Assembly (NCBI GenBank): GCA_963792585.1
Contig: CAWBWI010000002.1
Coordinates: 64,001 to 128,000, forward strand
DNA: 64,000 nucleotides
DNA from: Candidatus Eiseniibacteriota bacterium
GTDB taxonomy: Bacteria; Eisenbacteria; RBG-16-71-46; CAIMUX01; VGJL01
Direction of reading: 5' to 3'
The notes beneath the pieces are model-generated. The model did no database searches. It saw nothing but the letters and a program-made list of their open reading frames with translations, and was not told the DNA's origin. Positions within the stretch are counted from its first letter, which is position 1; every line of letters starts with the position of its first letter. The position numbers and the translations under genes are program-made. Below, one piece after another: positions 47,512 through 58,087 of this stretch.

Positions 47512-50500
47512 GTGACGACGCTCCCGAAAGCTCGCGACCGATTTCTCACGCTGGTCCGCGCCGTGGAGTGCGGAACTACGGCGCGCAGTGAGAACGAGCT
47601 GTCCCGGCGCTTTGCCGATGTGCTCGAGGGCCTCGGTCTCGCGACGGTGGTAGACACGGGGCAGGCTGGGTCACGGAAGCGACCGGATATCCTCGCGTAC
47701 TGCGATCCGGTGGACGCGGACCTTGTGCTCCATGCCGACGTGGTCGTCGAGTCGAAGACACCAGATGAGGTCAAGGGCTACGCCGACCTCGGAGTAGCGC
47801 TCGCCGAAGGGCTCTGGCAGGGGAAGACCATCCCGTACATCCAGCAGAGTATTTCGCGCATCCGCTACTTCGTCCTCACTTCATTCGTGGAATTCGCTTT
47901 CCTCCGGGTCACGGAAGCACTCCGGGCGGAATTTTCCAGGCGTTCTCCCACGGACCTCGCCACGGATACCGCTCTTCAGGCGAAGGTTCGGTCGGAGGTG
48001 CATCTCGTCTCGCTCGCGAGCAGCAGCGGGGCGGGGAGACAAGCGGCAGAGCGGGCTTGGTCGGCGTGGCTCGACACGCACCTCCGGCCGGGGATCCTTG
48101 CCCCACTCGAACTGAGCGCGATGGCGAAGACGGCACCCCTGCGGACGCACAGCGACCTTGAGCTCTTCGCCACGCGGCTGGCCGAACTGGCCGCCGGCAC
48201 GCCGGAGAGTTCCTACGTTGCAGCGGCGCGGGCAGGGCTTTTCGGGAGCATCCGCGCCAGGCTCCCGGACAACTACAACCTGCTCGACGGCGAGACCAAG
48301 AAGGACCTACACCTCTTCGTCATGTCCCAGCAGCCGTCGGCGGATCTCGACACAGTCGGCAAGATCGTCTCAGAGGATCCGGACCGCTGGCTCGATGACT
48401 TTGTAGCCGCCAGCATTCACTCGCTCGTCAGCCGGCTGTTCGCACTCAGCGTCATCGAGGATCTCTTCTGTTTAGACGACACGAATCCCCTCATCGAGCG
48501 AGAACTGTTGGTTGTGAACGTGAAGGCATACGATGGACTCGACGCGGAGCGGCTCGTTGCGGCGGTGACGGCTGCCGTCCGGCGGCTCAAAGAGAGCGCG
48601 AATCCCGTCGCCAAGCGACTCGCGGTGTTCGGGGCCTTCTTCGATTGGATCGAACGATACCTCGATCCGGTGCTCTTCAGACCGTTGTTTGAGCTCTTTG
48701 TGACGCACGATTTCCGCCAGCTTGATCTTGATCTCCTCGGCCGCTTCTTCGAAATCTACGCGCAGCGCATCAACGCCACCCGGCGTCGGGCGCTCGGGCA
48801 GTATTACACGCCCCTTCCGGTCGTGCGCTACATGTGGCGGATCACCCTGGACGCACTCGCAGCGCGGAACGTCGAGCTGCCAGCGGTCACGGTGCTCGAC
48901 CCCGCGATGGGGTCTGGGACATTCTTGAAGGAGGGAGCGAACGCACTTGGGCGCGCGCATGTGCCATCCTTCTGGCAGAACCTCGTCGGATTTGACATCT
49001 CGCCCCAGGTTATGGGCATCGCCCAGGTGAACTTCTACATATCGGTACTCTCAAACGTCCCGCGAGAGGACGCTTTGCGCGTCGCCGACCTCCGCCTGTA
49101 CACGACCGACGCCCTAGATCCACGCAACGGCAGGTATCTCAAGCAGGTCCAGCCACTCTTCGACGACGCCACGCACCGAGAGTTCCTCCAGCGCGTCATC
49201 GAGGTGAGCTCGCGTATCAAGCGTCACGACCACTTCCCGGTCGTTGTCGGTAATCCGCCGTACAAGAACAACAGCGCCCTCACGCTCGCTCAGGTGGCTG
49301 AGCGCTTTCCCCGGTTGCTCTCCAGCTCGGTCGCTGGCGCACGTGCCCAGGTACGGAACATCCGCGACGATTACGCTTGGTTCTTCGCAGCAGCCGATGC
49401 GTACGTGAGCGACCGAGGCCACATCTGCTACATCACGTCTGATTCGTACACACGGACGTCGAGCTATCGGTTCCTTCGCGAAGAGCTGCTCAGGCATTAC
49501 GAGGTGCTTCAGCTTGTGCGGCTCGGGACGCACGTCTTTCCTGATGTCAGCCATCGGATCTCGTTCGTCATCATTCATCTCGCACGGCGGGAACAACCGC
49601 TTGGGAACGCAGAAGACGCTGCGCCATTCCCGTTTTACGATTTGCGCTCTCTGGCGGAGGAGACCGGGCCGGAGTTTCTTGCGACGCCGGACGATCCGCG
49701 TTTCCGGCTCCTTGAGGCCGTCACGGCGGGAACAGGCTCCCTCCCCGCGCCCCTCATGGTGCATCCGGCCAGGGCTCACGACTTCGTCCTGCTGCCGGTG
49801 TCCGAGAGCGTCGTGAACCGGGTGCAGACGGAGGGCGTGCCGGTCTTCGCGAAGCAGGGGAACCGGCTCTTCGTCGCGAAGTGGCCGGGCGTGATCACAG
49901 CGTTCGACGCCCTGCTCAAAGGTGAGGACCGAGGGGAACTCGTGGAGCGCTTGTCCTCTTATTTTGCCGTGGCGCACAGGCACCGGAGGAACGTGCGGGC
50001 GCTTGAGGATGCACTGGGGAAGTGGGCGGCCGGACACGGCATTCGCCAGGACGACACTCCGCGGCTCGTCTCGGTCGCGTTGGCCGCAGGCCAGAACGGA
50101 ATTGCTTTCGACGAAACCAAGATCAAGCGGAGCGCGTCGGGGTCGATCCCGAACGAACTGAGGTGGTATCCTCCCCCGAAGTTTCGACACTGGATCTACT
50201 ACGAGCCGGCCATCAACATCCCGCGCAACGTTAATCCCGGCAAGTTCGAGGGCTGGGGGTGGATGCAGCAGTGGCGGGAGCCCGCCTCCCATACGATCCG
50301 ACCGAAGCTCATCTTCACGACCACGACAAACCCGAAATCGGGCTACAAGGCATTTGTGGTGGACGACGAGTGGTACGTCAAGCTCCACGGCGGTACGAGC
50401 CAGCAATATAACTACACAGGCCTCGTCAACCCATTGATGCCGCTGACCACTTCCGGCGTGGAGAACAACCTCACGCCTTTCGGGGAGAGACTTCGAACGT

Positions 50501-50928
50501 TGCTCCTTGACGGAGGCGGAGTGGCGGAGGATTTGCTGCACTACATCGCGGCCATCTACAACTCAGCATTGGCACAGGAATTCCTCGAGGAGGAATCGAG
50601 CCACAACCTCCAGATACGCATTCCGAGTGGCCGACGCGCGGCAGAAAGGTCTCTGAACCTCGCGTCCGCAGGTCGCCGGCAGCGGGATTTGCATCGTCTG
50701 CTGTACGACTGCCCGAAGAACAGTCAGGTCGCAGCGAGCACGATGCTTGCATTGGCGCCGGAGGCTCTCCTCTCCGAATTGGGATTCGTATTGTCGGCAG
50801 AGCGGAGGGGGCGATATCGTCCAAGTAACACATACAGCCTACCGGGCGATATTGAGGAGATTCTGACGGCCGAGATAGCCCGTGGCCAGGAGACAGTGGA
50901 CGAAATGGTGGAGCTCCTCTACTCCTGA
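47512..50928 (+). CDS. Type IIG-like restriction-modification fusion (nuclease + N6-adenine MTase + TRD)
   Basis: 'RPDI..VVESK', 'GQYYTP', 'LDPAMGSGTF', 'GNPPY'; no helicase motifs seen. Confidence 0.85.
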   Translation: MTTLPKARDRFLTLVRAVECGTTARSENELSRRFADVLEGLGLATVVDTGQAGSRKRPDILAYCDPVDADLVLHADVVVESKTPDEVKGYADLGVALAEGLWQGKTIPYIQQSISRIRYFVLTSFVEFAFLRVTEALRAEFSRRSPTDLATDTALQAKVRSEVHLVSLASSSGAGRQAAERAWSAWLDTHLRPGILAPLELSAMAKTAPLRTHSDLELFATRLAELAAGTPESSYVAAARAGLFGSIRARLPDNYNLLDGETKKDLHLFVMSQQPSADLDTVGKIVSEDPDRWLDDFVAASIHSLVSRLFALSVIEDLFCLDDTNPLIERELLVVNVKAYDGLDAERLVAAVTAAVRRLKESANPVAKRLAVFGAFFDWIERYLDPVLFRPLFELFVTHDFRQLDLDLLGRFFEIYAQRINATRRRALGQYYTPLPVVRYMWRITLDALAARNVELPAVTVLDPAMGSGTFLKEGANALGRAHVPSFWQNLVGFDISPQVMGIAQVNFYISVLSNVPREDALRVADLRLYTTDALDPRNGRYLKQVQPLFDDATHREFLQRVIEVSSRIKRHDHFPVVVGNPPYKNNSALTLAQVAERFPRLLSSSVAGARAQVRNIRDDYAWFFAAADAYVSDRGHICYITSDSYTRTSSYRFLREELLRHYEVLQLVRLGTHVFPDVSHRISFVIIHLARREQPLGNAEDAAPFPFYDLRSLAEETGPEFLATPDDPRFRLLEAVTAGTGSLPAPLMVHPARAHDFVLLPVSESVVNRVQTEGVPVFAKQGNRLFVAKWPGVITAFDALLKGEDRGELVERLSSYFAVAHRHRRNVRALEDALGKWAAGHGIRQDDTPRLVSVALAAGQNGIAFDETKIKRSASGSIPNELRWYPPPKFRHWIYYEPAINIPRNVNPGKFEGWGWMQQWREPASHTIRPKLIFTTTTNPKSGYKAFVVDDEWYVKLHGGTSQQYNYTGLVNPLMPLTTSGVENNLTPFGERLRTLLLDGGGVAEDLLHYIAAIYNSALAQEFLEEESSHNLQIRIPSGRRAAERSLNLASAGRRQRDLHRLLYDCPKNSQVAASTMLALAPEALLSELGFVLSAERRGRYRPSNTYSLPGDIEEILTAEIARGQETVDEMVELLYS

Positions 50929-51026
50929 AATTCTCAACTTCCGGGAGAGTGGATTCTCGTCAATGAGACAGTCTACAGCTTCGTTGGAGACCTGCCACGC
51001 GGTTGTGAACGAACGACAACCCTACC

Positions 51027-52916
51027 TCAGCACATCCGGCCCTTCCCAGCCCGCCTCGGGACAAGGGAGAGAGCTGGCCAGATCAACGCGCGGGTCACGA
51101 ACACATCGACCTTCCGTTGCCCGGCGATGTGCGAGCCGTAGTGTCCACGGGCGGCATCGAGGAGCCGCATGGCCTCGGGAATGTCACCTTGATACATCGC
51201 CGCGATCCCCTTGGCGCAGATTGCGTTTCCGATGCCATGAGATGTTCCCGTCCAGCGGTAGTAGTCTTCCGGTTCGATCATGAGAGTCCGTGCAACCCGT
51301 CCGCGCGCCACCCTGCTGAGCGCTGCGGCGACTTCGCAGTACCGGGGGTGTACGAGCATCGTATAGTCAGGCAGTGGGTCTTCGGAGAGGCGCCGGGCAG
51401 ACCGCAGGTACCGCACATACGCGACACCTGCGCGGCGTAGCCACCGGTCGCGAAGTTTCCCGAGGAACGCCAGTACAACGCGGTCCGCAGCGGCAACCAG
51501 CCGCGGCATCGGACTGCGACCGCGCATTGCGATCCAAGCTGATGGCACCAAGACGTACTCTCCAAGAAAATGCCAGAAGTCTCCTCGCTGCCAGTGAGAT
51601 CGCAGGACGACCTCGGGAGCGAGATCACGCCGATGTCGAACGAGCGCGCGGCGCCATGTTAGATAGCAGTGAATGCGGGAGGGGCGGCGCTTCCACAGCC
51701 CAAGAGCCGCGGAGGCCAGACGAAGGTGCAGGACCGCGCGATCCTCCTCGGGGGCCAGACGCACTGCACGGCGCCATGCCCGGTAGGCATCGTTGACCTC
51801 TCCACCTCGTTCAAGGATGTGCGCCAACAGAGTCTCCTCTGCGGAGGGGATTCTCCCGGCCGCAGTGGGGAATCTCCTCCCGGCGGCCAACAGCTCCTTC
51901 GCGAGCTTCCGCTCCCCGACTTGGTCGGCCAATGCCGCGAGGATCAGGGACACCGACCGTGGCCGGGACGCATCGGTTCCAAGCAGTTCTGAGACGGCGT
52001 CCCTCAACTTGGCCAGACGATGGGATATCTCCTCGTCGCACATGCCATCCATGCGGCAGTTCATCATCCGCGCGACCGCTGGGGAGACGCTTCCGAGGAC
52101 ATCAGCGAATCCGTGTTCGCCCTCGCGGCGCCGGACAACGGCAGCCCGCCCACCGAGGCCCATCAATGCCTCGGCCACAGGGGGCGCGATCCTGCCATGG
52201 TGCGTATACCAGAAGATCCGCCGATTCGTCCTTCGGAGTATCGGGAATGTATCGATGTCGTGGTTGCTATACCCGGCACAGACGATGTCGTACTGCTCAA
52301 GGGCGTCCCGCAGAAGCGCGGCTCGCTCGGGCGCCAACCCTGTGCCGACCGTGCGAATGGTGGCGACGAGTGACGGTGCCACCCGGCCTTCCTCGATGGC
52401 TCCGTGAAGGTGCGCGACCACCGGGCGGTCCGCGGCCAGAGGGCGCCGCGACCGAAAGTCCGATCGTGCCTGAAGCGACAGGCCGTCGGTCCGCCCCAAC
52501 GCCTCGAGCGCTTTCTCGTGCAGGCGATCGAAGTTGAGTGTCACGACAAGCTTGGCCGGATGCAGGATTTGTGCCGCTGCGATCGCAAGGTGGTCTGCGT
52601 TCACCGTCGCGGTCGAGAAGCCGCTAAACACCCGGCCGACCGCATCTGGTGCGGCCCTCATCAACGCACTGAGAAAGACCTCCATTGGCGCCATGGACGC
52701 AATCCGAAACGCCTGGTCCAGCCTCGCACCGGAGAGATGCGTGCCCAGGGGCGCTCGGCCGGCCCTGGCCAGCGCGTCGACCGCCACCTCGATGATCTCG
52801 GCGCTGAGCGGTACGTTACTCGGAGCGGAACGCGAGATCCCGGCTCCGGTAAAGAACACGAGGCCCTGTTCCAGGCTTGCTCTGAGAGCGTCGCGGTTGG
52901 TATCCATCGGTGCCAT
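51027..52916 (-). CDS. SIR2-like domain fused to TPR-like helical region
   Basis: 'FFTGAGISR', 'VVTLNFD', 'HLHG', 'AGYS..D.D'; helical repeats C-terminally. Confidence 0.8.
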   Translation of the reverse strand: MAPMDTNRDALRASLEQGLVFFTGAGISRSAPSNVPLSAEIIEVAVDALARAGRAPLGTHLSGARLDQAFRIASMAPMEVFLSALMRAAPDAVGRVFSGFSTATVNADHLAIAAAQILHPAKLVVTLNFDRLHEKALEALGRTDGLSLQARSDFRSRRPLAADRPVVAHLHGAIEEGRVAPSLVATIRTVGTGLAPERAALLRDALEQYDIVCAGYSNHDIDTFPILRRTNRRIFWYTHHGRIAPPVAEALMGLGGRAAVVRRREGEHGFADVLGSVSPAVARMMNCRMDGMCDEEISHRLAKLRDAVSELLGTDASRPRSVSLILAALADQVGERKLAKELLAAGRRFPTAAGRIPSAEETLLAHILERGGEVNDAYRAWRRAVRLAPEEDRAVLHLRLASAALGLWKRRPSRIHCYLTWRRALVRHRRDLAPEVVLRSHWQRGDFWHFLGEYVLVPSAWIAMRGRSPMPRLVAAADRVVLAFLGKLRDRWLRRAGVAYVRYLRSARRLSEDPLPDYTMLVHPRYCEVAAALSRVARGRVARTLMIEPEDYYRWTGTSHGIGNAICAKGIAAMYQGDIPEAMRLLDAARGHYGSHIAGQRKVDVFVTRALIWPALSLVPRRAGKGRMC

Positions 52917-52998
52917 CTCAGGCCTCCAGGATACCAACGGCCACTCGCTGCGGAACAAAAAAGCACCACCCCGTGAAGTAGTGGCGCAGTGGGACCCG

Positions 52999-53295
52999 CT
53001 ATGAGGATGTCCCGATCCCCCGGTCTTCACGGGGCATTGGCCGCGTTGACCAGAAGTTGCCTAGGAATAGGGCGTGACCGCCCAGCGAACCGCTCCGCAC
53101 TTCCGGCTTGAGGAGGGGCCGGAGCCAACAGTCGCCATTTGCCTGGACGAGAAGCACGTACCGGGTATCTCCCTCTTGGAGGAAGCTCGCTGTGCTAATG
53201 GGCTGCAAGTGCCCTCCTTGTCCAAGCCCCACGCAGAGGACCCAGAAGATGAGGACGAGCAGCACGATGATGATGCCGAGTGCAGCCATGGTCAT
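52999..53295 (-). CDS. Small membrane protein
   Basis: RBS AAGGAGGT; N-terminal hydrophobic helix. Confidence 0.55.
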   Translation of the reverse strand: MTMAALGIIIVLLVLIFWVLCVGLGQGGHLQPISTASFLQEGDTRYVLLVQANGDCWLRPLLKPEVRSGSLGGHALFLGNFWSTRPMPREDRGIGTSS

Positions 53296-53595
53296 ACTCT
53301 TCACCTCCTTTGCTTCCGCACACCCGCGGGCGATGAGCGGAATGAGAAGGTGACGAGGGGACCGATGCTCCTTCTGCGGTCCACAGACTGGGGCTGGTGA
53401 ATGGTGCGGGGACGAGCGGGGGGTCGTTCGGCTCGAACCCGATGTAGCCTTCGTCGGCCCGCTTCTTCGCCTGACGGCTCGGGGTCGGGCAGCCCTTCGC
53501 AGCGCGGGCCACCCCGTCCTAGCAGCGGGAGGCGCGAGGGGCTGAATGAAGGTAGCGGAATGTCTGCCGAGCACAGGCAGGATGATCGCCTGAGG

Positions 53596-54093
53596 TCACG
53601 CTCCCGGCCCGTGGGGCAATGGCGGCGTTCCCGTCGTCTCGGCCAGGGCTTCTTTGATGCTGGGCCACCTGTCCTCCAGAACCTCAAGCCTGAGAATCGC
53701 CTCCGCAAGGGCCGGACAAGGATCGGCGCGACGCTCGAGACGGTCCGCCACTGTCCGTTCGTATTCAAGAAGATCGATCGTGATACCGTATTCGGCGATC
53801 CGGGAGAGGAAGAAAGACCGCAGCGCGGTGAAGTCCAGGCCGCGGGAGGCGCACTCCCTCCGCGAGATGGGCGGTCCGAACATCCGGTGGGTGTGGTCGG
53901 CGGCGAGACGCGCGGCCACAATCCCGTCAGTAAGGGAAGCGATCACGTGTAACGCGGCCGCGACCAGTTCGATATCCAAGGGCTTCGGGCTCTCGCCAAA
54001 TCGTGTGTGTCGGAGGAGATCCGGGAGCGGCCTCCTTGGCCGGCCAGTGCGCGTGCGGTCCTTTGCTGGGAGCGCATTCAAGAATTCCTGCAT
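53596..54093 (-). CDS. Hypothetical protein
   Basis: ORF with plausible composition; no recognised motif. Confidence 0.35.
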   Translation of the reverse strand: MQEFLNALPAKDRTRTGRPRRPLPDLLRHTRFGESPKPLDIELVAAALHVIASLTDGIVAARLAADHTHRMFGPPISRRECASRGLDFTALRSFFLSRIAEYGITIDLLEYERTVADRLERRADPCPALAEAILRLEVLEDRWPSIKEALAETTGTPPLPHGPGA

Positions 54094-54347
54094 GCGGCCC
54101 GGGTGTGTGTTTACGTGGGAGATCATGTAGGGGGGTTGATTGCTGAGTGCGGTCACTCTACCAAGATCGCGTCTGGGTGTCAACCCCACCCCGGGCCGTC
54201 GGGCGGCCTTCCCTGCCGGGTCCTGTCGCTACTCCGTTCAGGCTTACCGACTTGATTGGAGTGGTTTAGAGACGTCAGCATATCCGAGTACCATGATGGA
54301 CTCTCTTCGCAGCCATGGTTCTAGTACAATGCTTTGCGGAGGGCCGT

Positions 54348-55520
54348 ATGTTGGACCACATGCCAATCGAGAACATCGACCGGGCGAGATTACAGTTGCT
54401 CGTTGAGCACCGGATTCCCGAACAGCTCACCCTGGAATACAAGCGGGCACTGCCGGGTGGATCACTGAAGGAGCGAAAGGAATTCCTGGCGGACGTGACC
54501 GCGTTTGCCAACACCGCGGGCGGGCATATCGTTTACGGGATCGAAGAACTCCGCGAGTCCGGGAAGAAGACAGCGATTGCCAACACACTCAGGGGGCTAC
54601 CTGCGGTGGACGTCGAGGAGGCGATCCACCGGCTGGAGCAGATGATTCTGGCCGGGACGACCCCAGCGCTTCGCGGTTGCCGATTCCACCGAGTGCCCCT
54701 GGAGAACCACGAGGAATCTCTGGTCCTGCGCATCCCGCGCAGCTGGGCCGCGCCGCATGCGGTGACGCTTGAGGGAGGGTTTCGGTTCTGGGCTCGTCGC
54801 TCAAATGGAAAGGGCCAACTGAACGTGCCGGAGCTTCGCGCAGCATTCCTGCGCTCTGATGTGGTGGCGGAGAGAATCCGGCGGTTTCGCTTCGAACGAA
54901 TGGCGGAGATCCGCGCCCGTCAGACTCCGCTTCCGATCACCGAGGGTGGCGCCGCCGTCATTCACGTTGTGCCCTTCTCATCGTTTGACCTGGGGCGGTC
55001 AGTTTCCGGTGAAATGCTCTACAATTGTCGGGACCAGCTCGCCCCGACTTGGGGAGGGGCTGAAGGGCACTTCGTCACAGCGGAAGGGCTATTCGCCTAT
55101 GCGACGAATAATGACCGTGACCGGGCCATAAGCTATGCTCTCGCCTTTCGCGACGGGCCGATTGAATACGTTGATGCCGAGTGTTTTCGCCGCAGAATCG
55201 AAATCACCTGGATACAGATCGAAGCATTCCGCGCTCGAGCAATTCAGGCGGTGGAGCAGGCCTTGAAGTTGCTAGAGCGCGTCGACGTTCTCCCTCCGGT
55301 TTCCGTTACGATGAGCCTGTTGGACGTACGAGGGTGCCGGTACCAGGAGACCTCGGCTCATTACTTGCATCCACATGCCATCCACTGCGAGGAAGTTCAC
55401 TCTCCCGACCTCGTGCTCGATAGCTACGACATCGACCTGACCTCCGCGCTCAAACCTGCGTTTGACGTGCTCTGGAATGCGGGCGGATGGGTCGTGTCGC
55501 CGAGGCCGATCACCGCCTGA
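54348..55520 (+). CDS. Schlafen AlbA_2 domain protein
   Basis: 'E..TLEYK..EFLADVTAFANTAGGHIVYGI.E', 'PH..R'; ends 'WNAGG'. Confidence 0.85.
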   Translation: MLDHMPIENIDRARLQLLVEHRIPEQLTLEYKRALPGGSLKERKEFLADVTAFANTAGGHIVYGIEELRESGKKTAIANTLRGLPAVDVEEAIHRLEQMILAGTTPALRGCRFHRVPLENHEESLVLRIPRSWAAPHAVTLEGGFRFWARRSNGKGQLNVPELRAAFLRSDVVAERIRRFRFERMAEIRARQTPLPITEGGAAVIHVVPFSSFDLGRSVSGEMLYNCRDQLAPTWGGAEGHFVTAEGLFAYATNNDRDRAISYALAFRDGPIEYVDAECFRRRIEITWIQIEAFRARAIQAVEQALKLLERVDVLPPVSVTMSLLDVRGCRYQETSAHYLHPHAIHCEEVHSPDLVLDSYDIDLTSALKPAFDVLWNAGGWVVSPRPITA

Positions 55521-55559
55521 TTGCCGAAGAAGTCCGGCGACGGAAAGCTAGCCCTCTGA

Positions 55560-55819
55560 TGCCGCCCGACGGAAGTACCGGCGATACATCCCGCCAACCG
55601 TCGGCTCGTCGAGAATCCCCCCCCCACGCTGGGCCGCCCGCTACCCCGCGGAACGGGATAGCCCTTCTCCAACCCAAAGTAAGTTCGCGAACCGTGGTAG
55701 TCCTCAAGGTAGCCTCGAACCACGCGCCGGAGACGCCTCTCGCTGAAGAAGATCTCCATGGCAAGGGCAAGCTGCGAATGAAGGACGGAGATCAGGGTGC
55801 GGAAGAGGGTGAAAGGCAT
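55560..55819 (-). pseudogene. Internally deleted rve-type integrase/transposase remnant
   Basis: 'FSERRLRRVVRGYLEDYHGSRTYFGLEKG.P' resembles the C-terminus of integrase-core proteins; DDE core absent. Confidence 0.55.
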
Positions 55820-55937
55820 GACGGTGAGGCTAACGTGGGCCCAACGCCATCTTCACACTTCCCAACGCGGACGGGGTTCTTTTAAGGAACAGGTGATCAG
55901 TATTTTCTTGGAGTATGCAGACAAGGATTTGAGAACG

Positions 55938-56150
55938 TTATACCCTTGCATACCGATAGATGTTCTTAATGTTCTGAGCGAGGAATTGACCAGTTGAAGG
56001 AGCGACCTTCAATTCCTCAAAGACAATCTCAGGCACGTCGAAATACCGATAGCGTCCGCCATTCCTGAACTCGACGGTCAGGACTGAGCTTTCCGGGTCG
56101 TAGCCAAAACCGGAAATGTTAGATGAATTGGGTGTCGTAATCCAGTTCAT
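55938..56150 (-). CDS. KTSC domain protein
   Basis: 'SSNI..GYD..L.VEF..G..Y.YFDVP..F..L..APS.G.F..I'. Confidence 0.92.
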   Translation of the reverse strand: MNWITTPNSSNISGFGYDPESSVLTVEFRNGGRYRYFDVPEIVFEELKVAPSTGQFLAQNIKNIYRYARV

Positions 56151-58087
56151 GCGATTGCTCCTGGGGTGGGGGGTATATCCGGATTGTCTGAGGCGCTCTT
56201 CTTGTGTTCATAATGAGGACTTTGCTTGCGCCACTGTCCCATCACGATCGCGTAGTCCTCAGGATGCCTGGGTATCGCCCAACCACCCTCGCCTTCATAA
56301 CCGTCTTTCTTCGGATCGCCTGGAATGGACGGCACCATTCGAATAACGACGCGAGGATCGCTGCTGTCAGGTCGTCGGTGCCTCTCTGGTGGATCAATCA
56401 GTGTCCGGATCGGAAGACTCACAGCCTCACCAACGATGATTGCCTCCCCGGTCCGGAGTATCGGAAGCATGTCGAACAGACCTTTGAGGTTGTCTGAGGC
56501 CGCTCCCGCGACTTGTCCACGGTCGACGTCACTAGCCAGTCGCATTGAGACTATGGTGCCACATTGCGAGAGAATAGTGGGGTCGATTTCGGAAGGACGC
56601 TGGCTTACGATCATTACTCCGACGCCATACTTCCGCCCTTCCTTGGCAATTCTTCTCACCGCAGTCGCGGCTGGGCCCGAGTGCTCCTTAGCCAGATACG
56701 CGTGCGCCTCTTCAAGAACGAGCATCAAAGGACGCTCACGAGCACCTTCTGGGAGATTTCTGGCCCAGAACATCGCGTCGTAGAGAATGCGCAGCAGGGC
56801 GCCGATGAGGTCGTTCAGGACTGTTGAAGGGACGCCCGAGAGATCCAGAATTGCGATTGGCGCAGGCCTTCCAAGCCATCCCGCCAGCAGGGCATCGAGA
56901 TCCTTGGCTACTGTGCCGTCAAGTTTGGGTCGCCATTCGTCGGGGTTGAAGAGGAATGCGAGCTGCGGATCCCTGAGTTTTGATGCAAGAATTGCTAGTT
57001 GCTGGCGCATCCCTAGCGAGTCTGGACCCCACTGTACCCGCTCGGCGGCCGGACCTGTAGTCTTGACCGTGCGAAACTGTGGTGGGGTTACCGTCATGGC
57101 ATCGCCAAGCTGAAGTGGCTTGCCGTCCGGACCAAGGACGTAAGCAGACTCCACCTCATCGGCGGCGGCGCCAGGTTTCGGGATTACCGTGCGATGCTCA
57201 TGCTGGTGGAAGTCAAACCAGAGCTTGTGAATACAGAAGGGCACCGGCGAGTCCACAGTCACTCGATCCGAGGTGACTCCAGCACGGGGTTGTTTCCCAA
57301 GCGCCTCGCGCTTGAGCGCAACGATGGCATCGGCAACGGCTGCCAACGGTCGCTCCTGCAAATCGCCAAAGGCCAGCTTCCCGAGTTCGTCAAATCTGAG
57401 AGCCCAAAACGGTATCTGGAGCGGGTACTCGCCCTTGCTGGTATCCGCTGAGATTCTAAACACTGTGGATCGATCAGCCAGCGCGCTTGCGTATTCACCG
57501 TGAATGTCCAGTATGACAATGCGGGCGGAAGGATAACGACTCGGTTCCGAAAGCGCAGCCAATAGTCCGGCGACGGTAGTCGATTTACCCGAACCGGTTG
57601 TCCCCACGACGGCGCAGTGACGAGTGATTAGCCTGTTGATATTCACCAAAGCTGGAATAGATTCAGCACTGGCCAAGTGGCCAACGGCGACAAAATCTAC
57701 TGGGTCTCCCGGACCGTAGATCTCGCGGAGGTCCTCTTCGGTGACGATGTGGACCGCATCATTGATAGTAGGATGCTGCGAAACGCCTCGCTCGAATCTC
57801 CCCTCACGACCTCTCTCACCAACCAGTTGTACCCTGATCCACTGATTGCCCCACGGTCGTGTGCCCTCATCGGTCTGTGGTGCTGCACCCGCCCCGACCT
57901 GCGAGACGATCCCGAACAGGGAGGTATAACCCAGGGGGATCCGGACGAAGCTGCCAACCTGCCCGATTCTGTATGATTCACCCTTGAAGAAACTTAGACC
58001 TGTGACGCTCTCGCCGAAGAGTGACACACTGATTGACGTTCCCGCGACATCTTGGACGGTTCCAATCAGTGTTGGATCAGTGCGCAT
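56147..58087 (-). CDS. herA: HerA-family ATPase/helicase of a SIR2-HerA defence system
   Basis: HAS-like N-terminus; 'GTTGSGKS', 'DIHGEY', 'LEEAH', 'KEGRKYG', 'SQRPSE'. Confidence 0.9.
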   Translation of the reverse strand: MRTDPTLIGTVQDVAGTSISVSLFGESVTGLSFFKGESYRIGQVGSFVRIPLGYTSLFGIVSQVGAGAAPQTDEGTRPWGNQWIRVQLVGERGREGRFERGVSQHPTINDAVHIVTEEDLREIYGPGDPVDFVAVGHLASAESIPALVNINRLITRHCAVVGTTGSGKSTTVAGLLAALSEPSRYPSARIVILDIHGEYASALADRSTVFRISADTSKGEYPLQIPFWALRFDELGKLAFGDLQERPLAAVADAIVALKREALGKQPRAGVTSDRVTVDSPVPFCIHKLWFDFHQHEHRTVIPKPGAAADEVESAYVLGPDGKPLQLGDAMTVTPPQFRTVKTTGPAAERVQWGPDSLGMRQQLAILASKLRDPQLAFLFNPDEWRPKLDGTVAKDLDALLAGWLGRPAPIAILDLSGVPSTVLNDLIGALLRILYDAMFWARNLPEGARERPLMLVLEEAHAYLAKEHSGPAATAVRRIAKEGRKYGVGVMIVSQRPSEIDPTILSQCGTIVSMRLASDVDRGQVAGAASDNLKGLFDMLPILRTGEAIIVGEAVSLPIRTLIDPPERHRRPDSSDPRVVIRMVPSIPGDPKKDGYEGEGGWAIPRHPEDYAIVMGQWRKQSPHYEHKKSASDNPDIPPTPGAIA

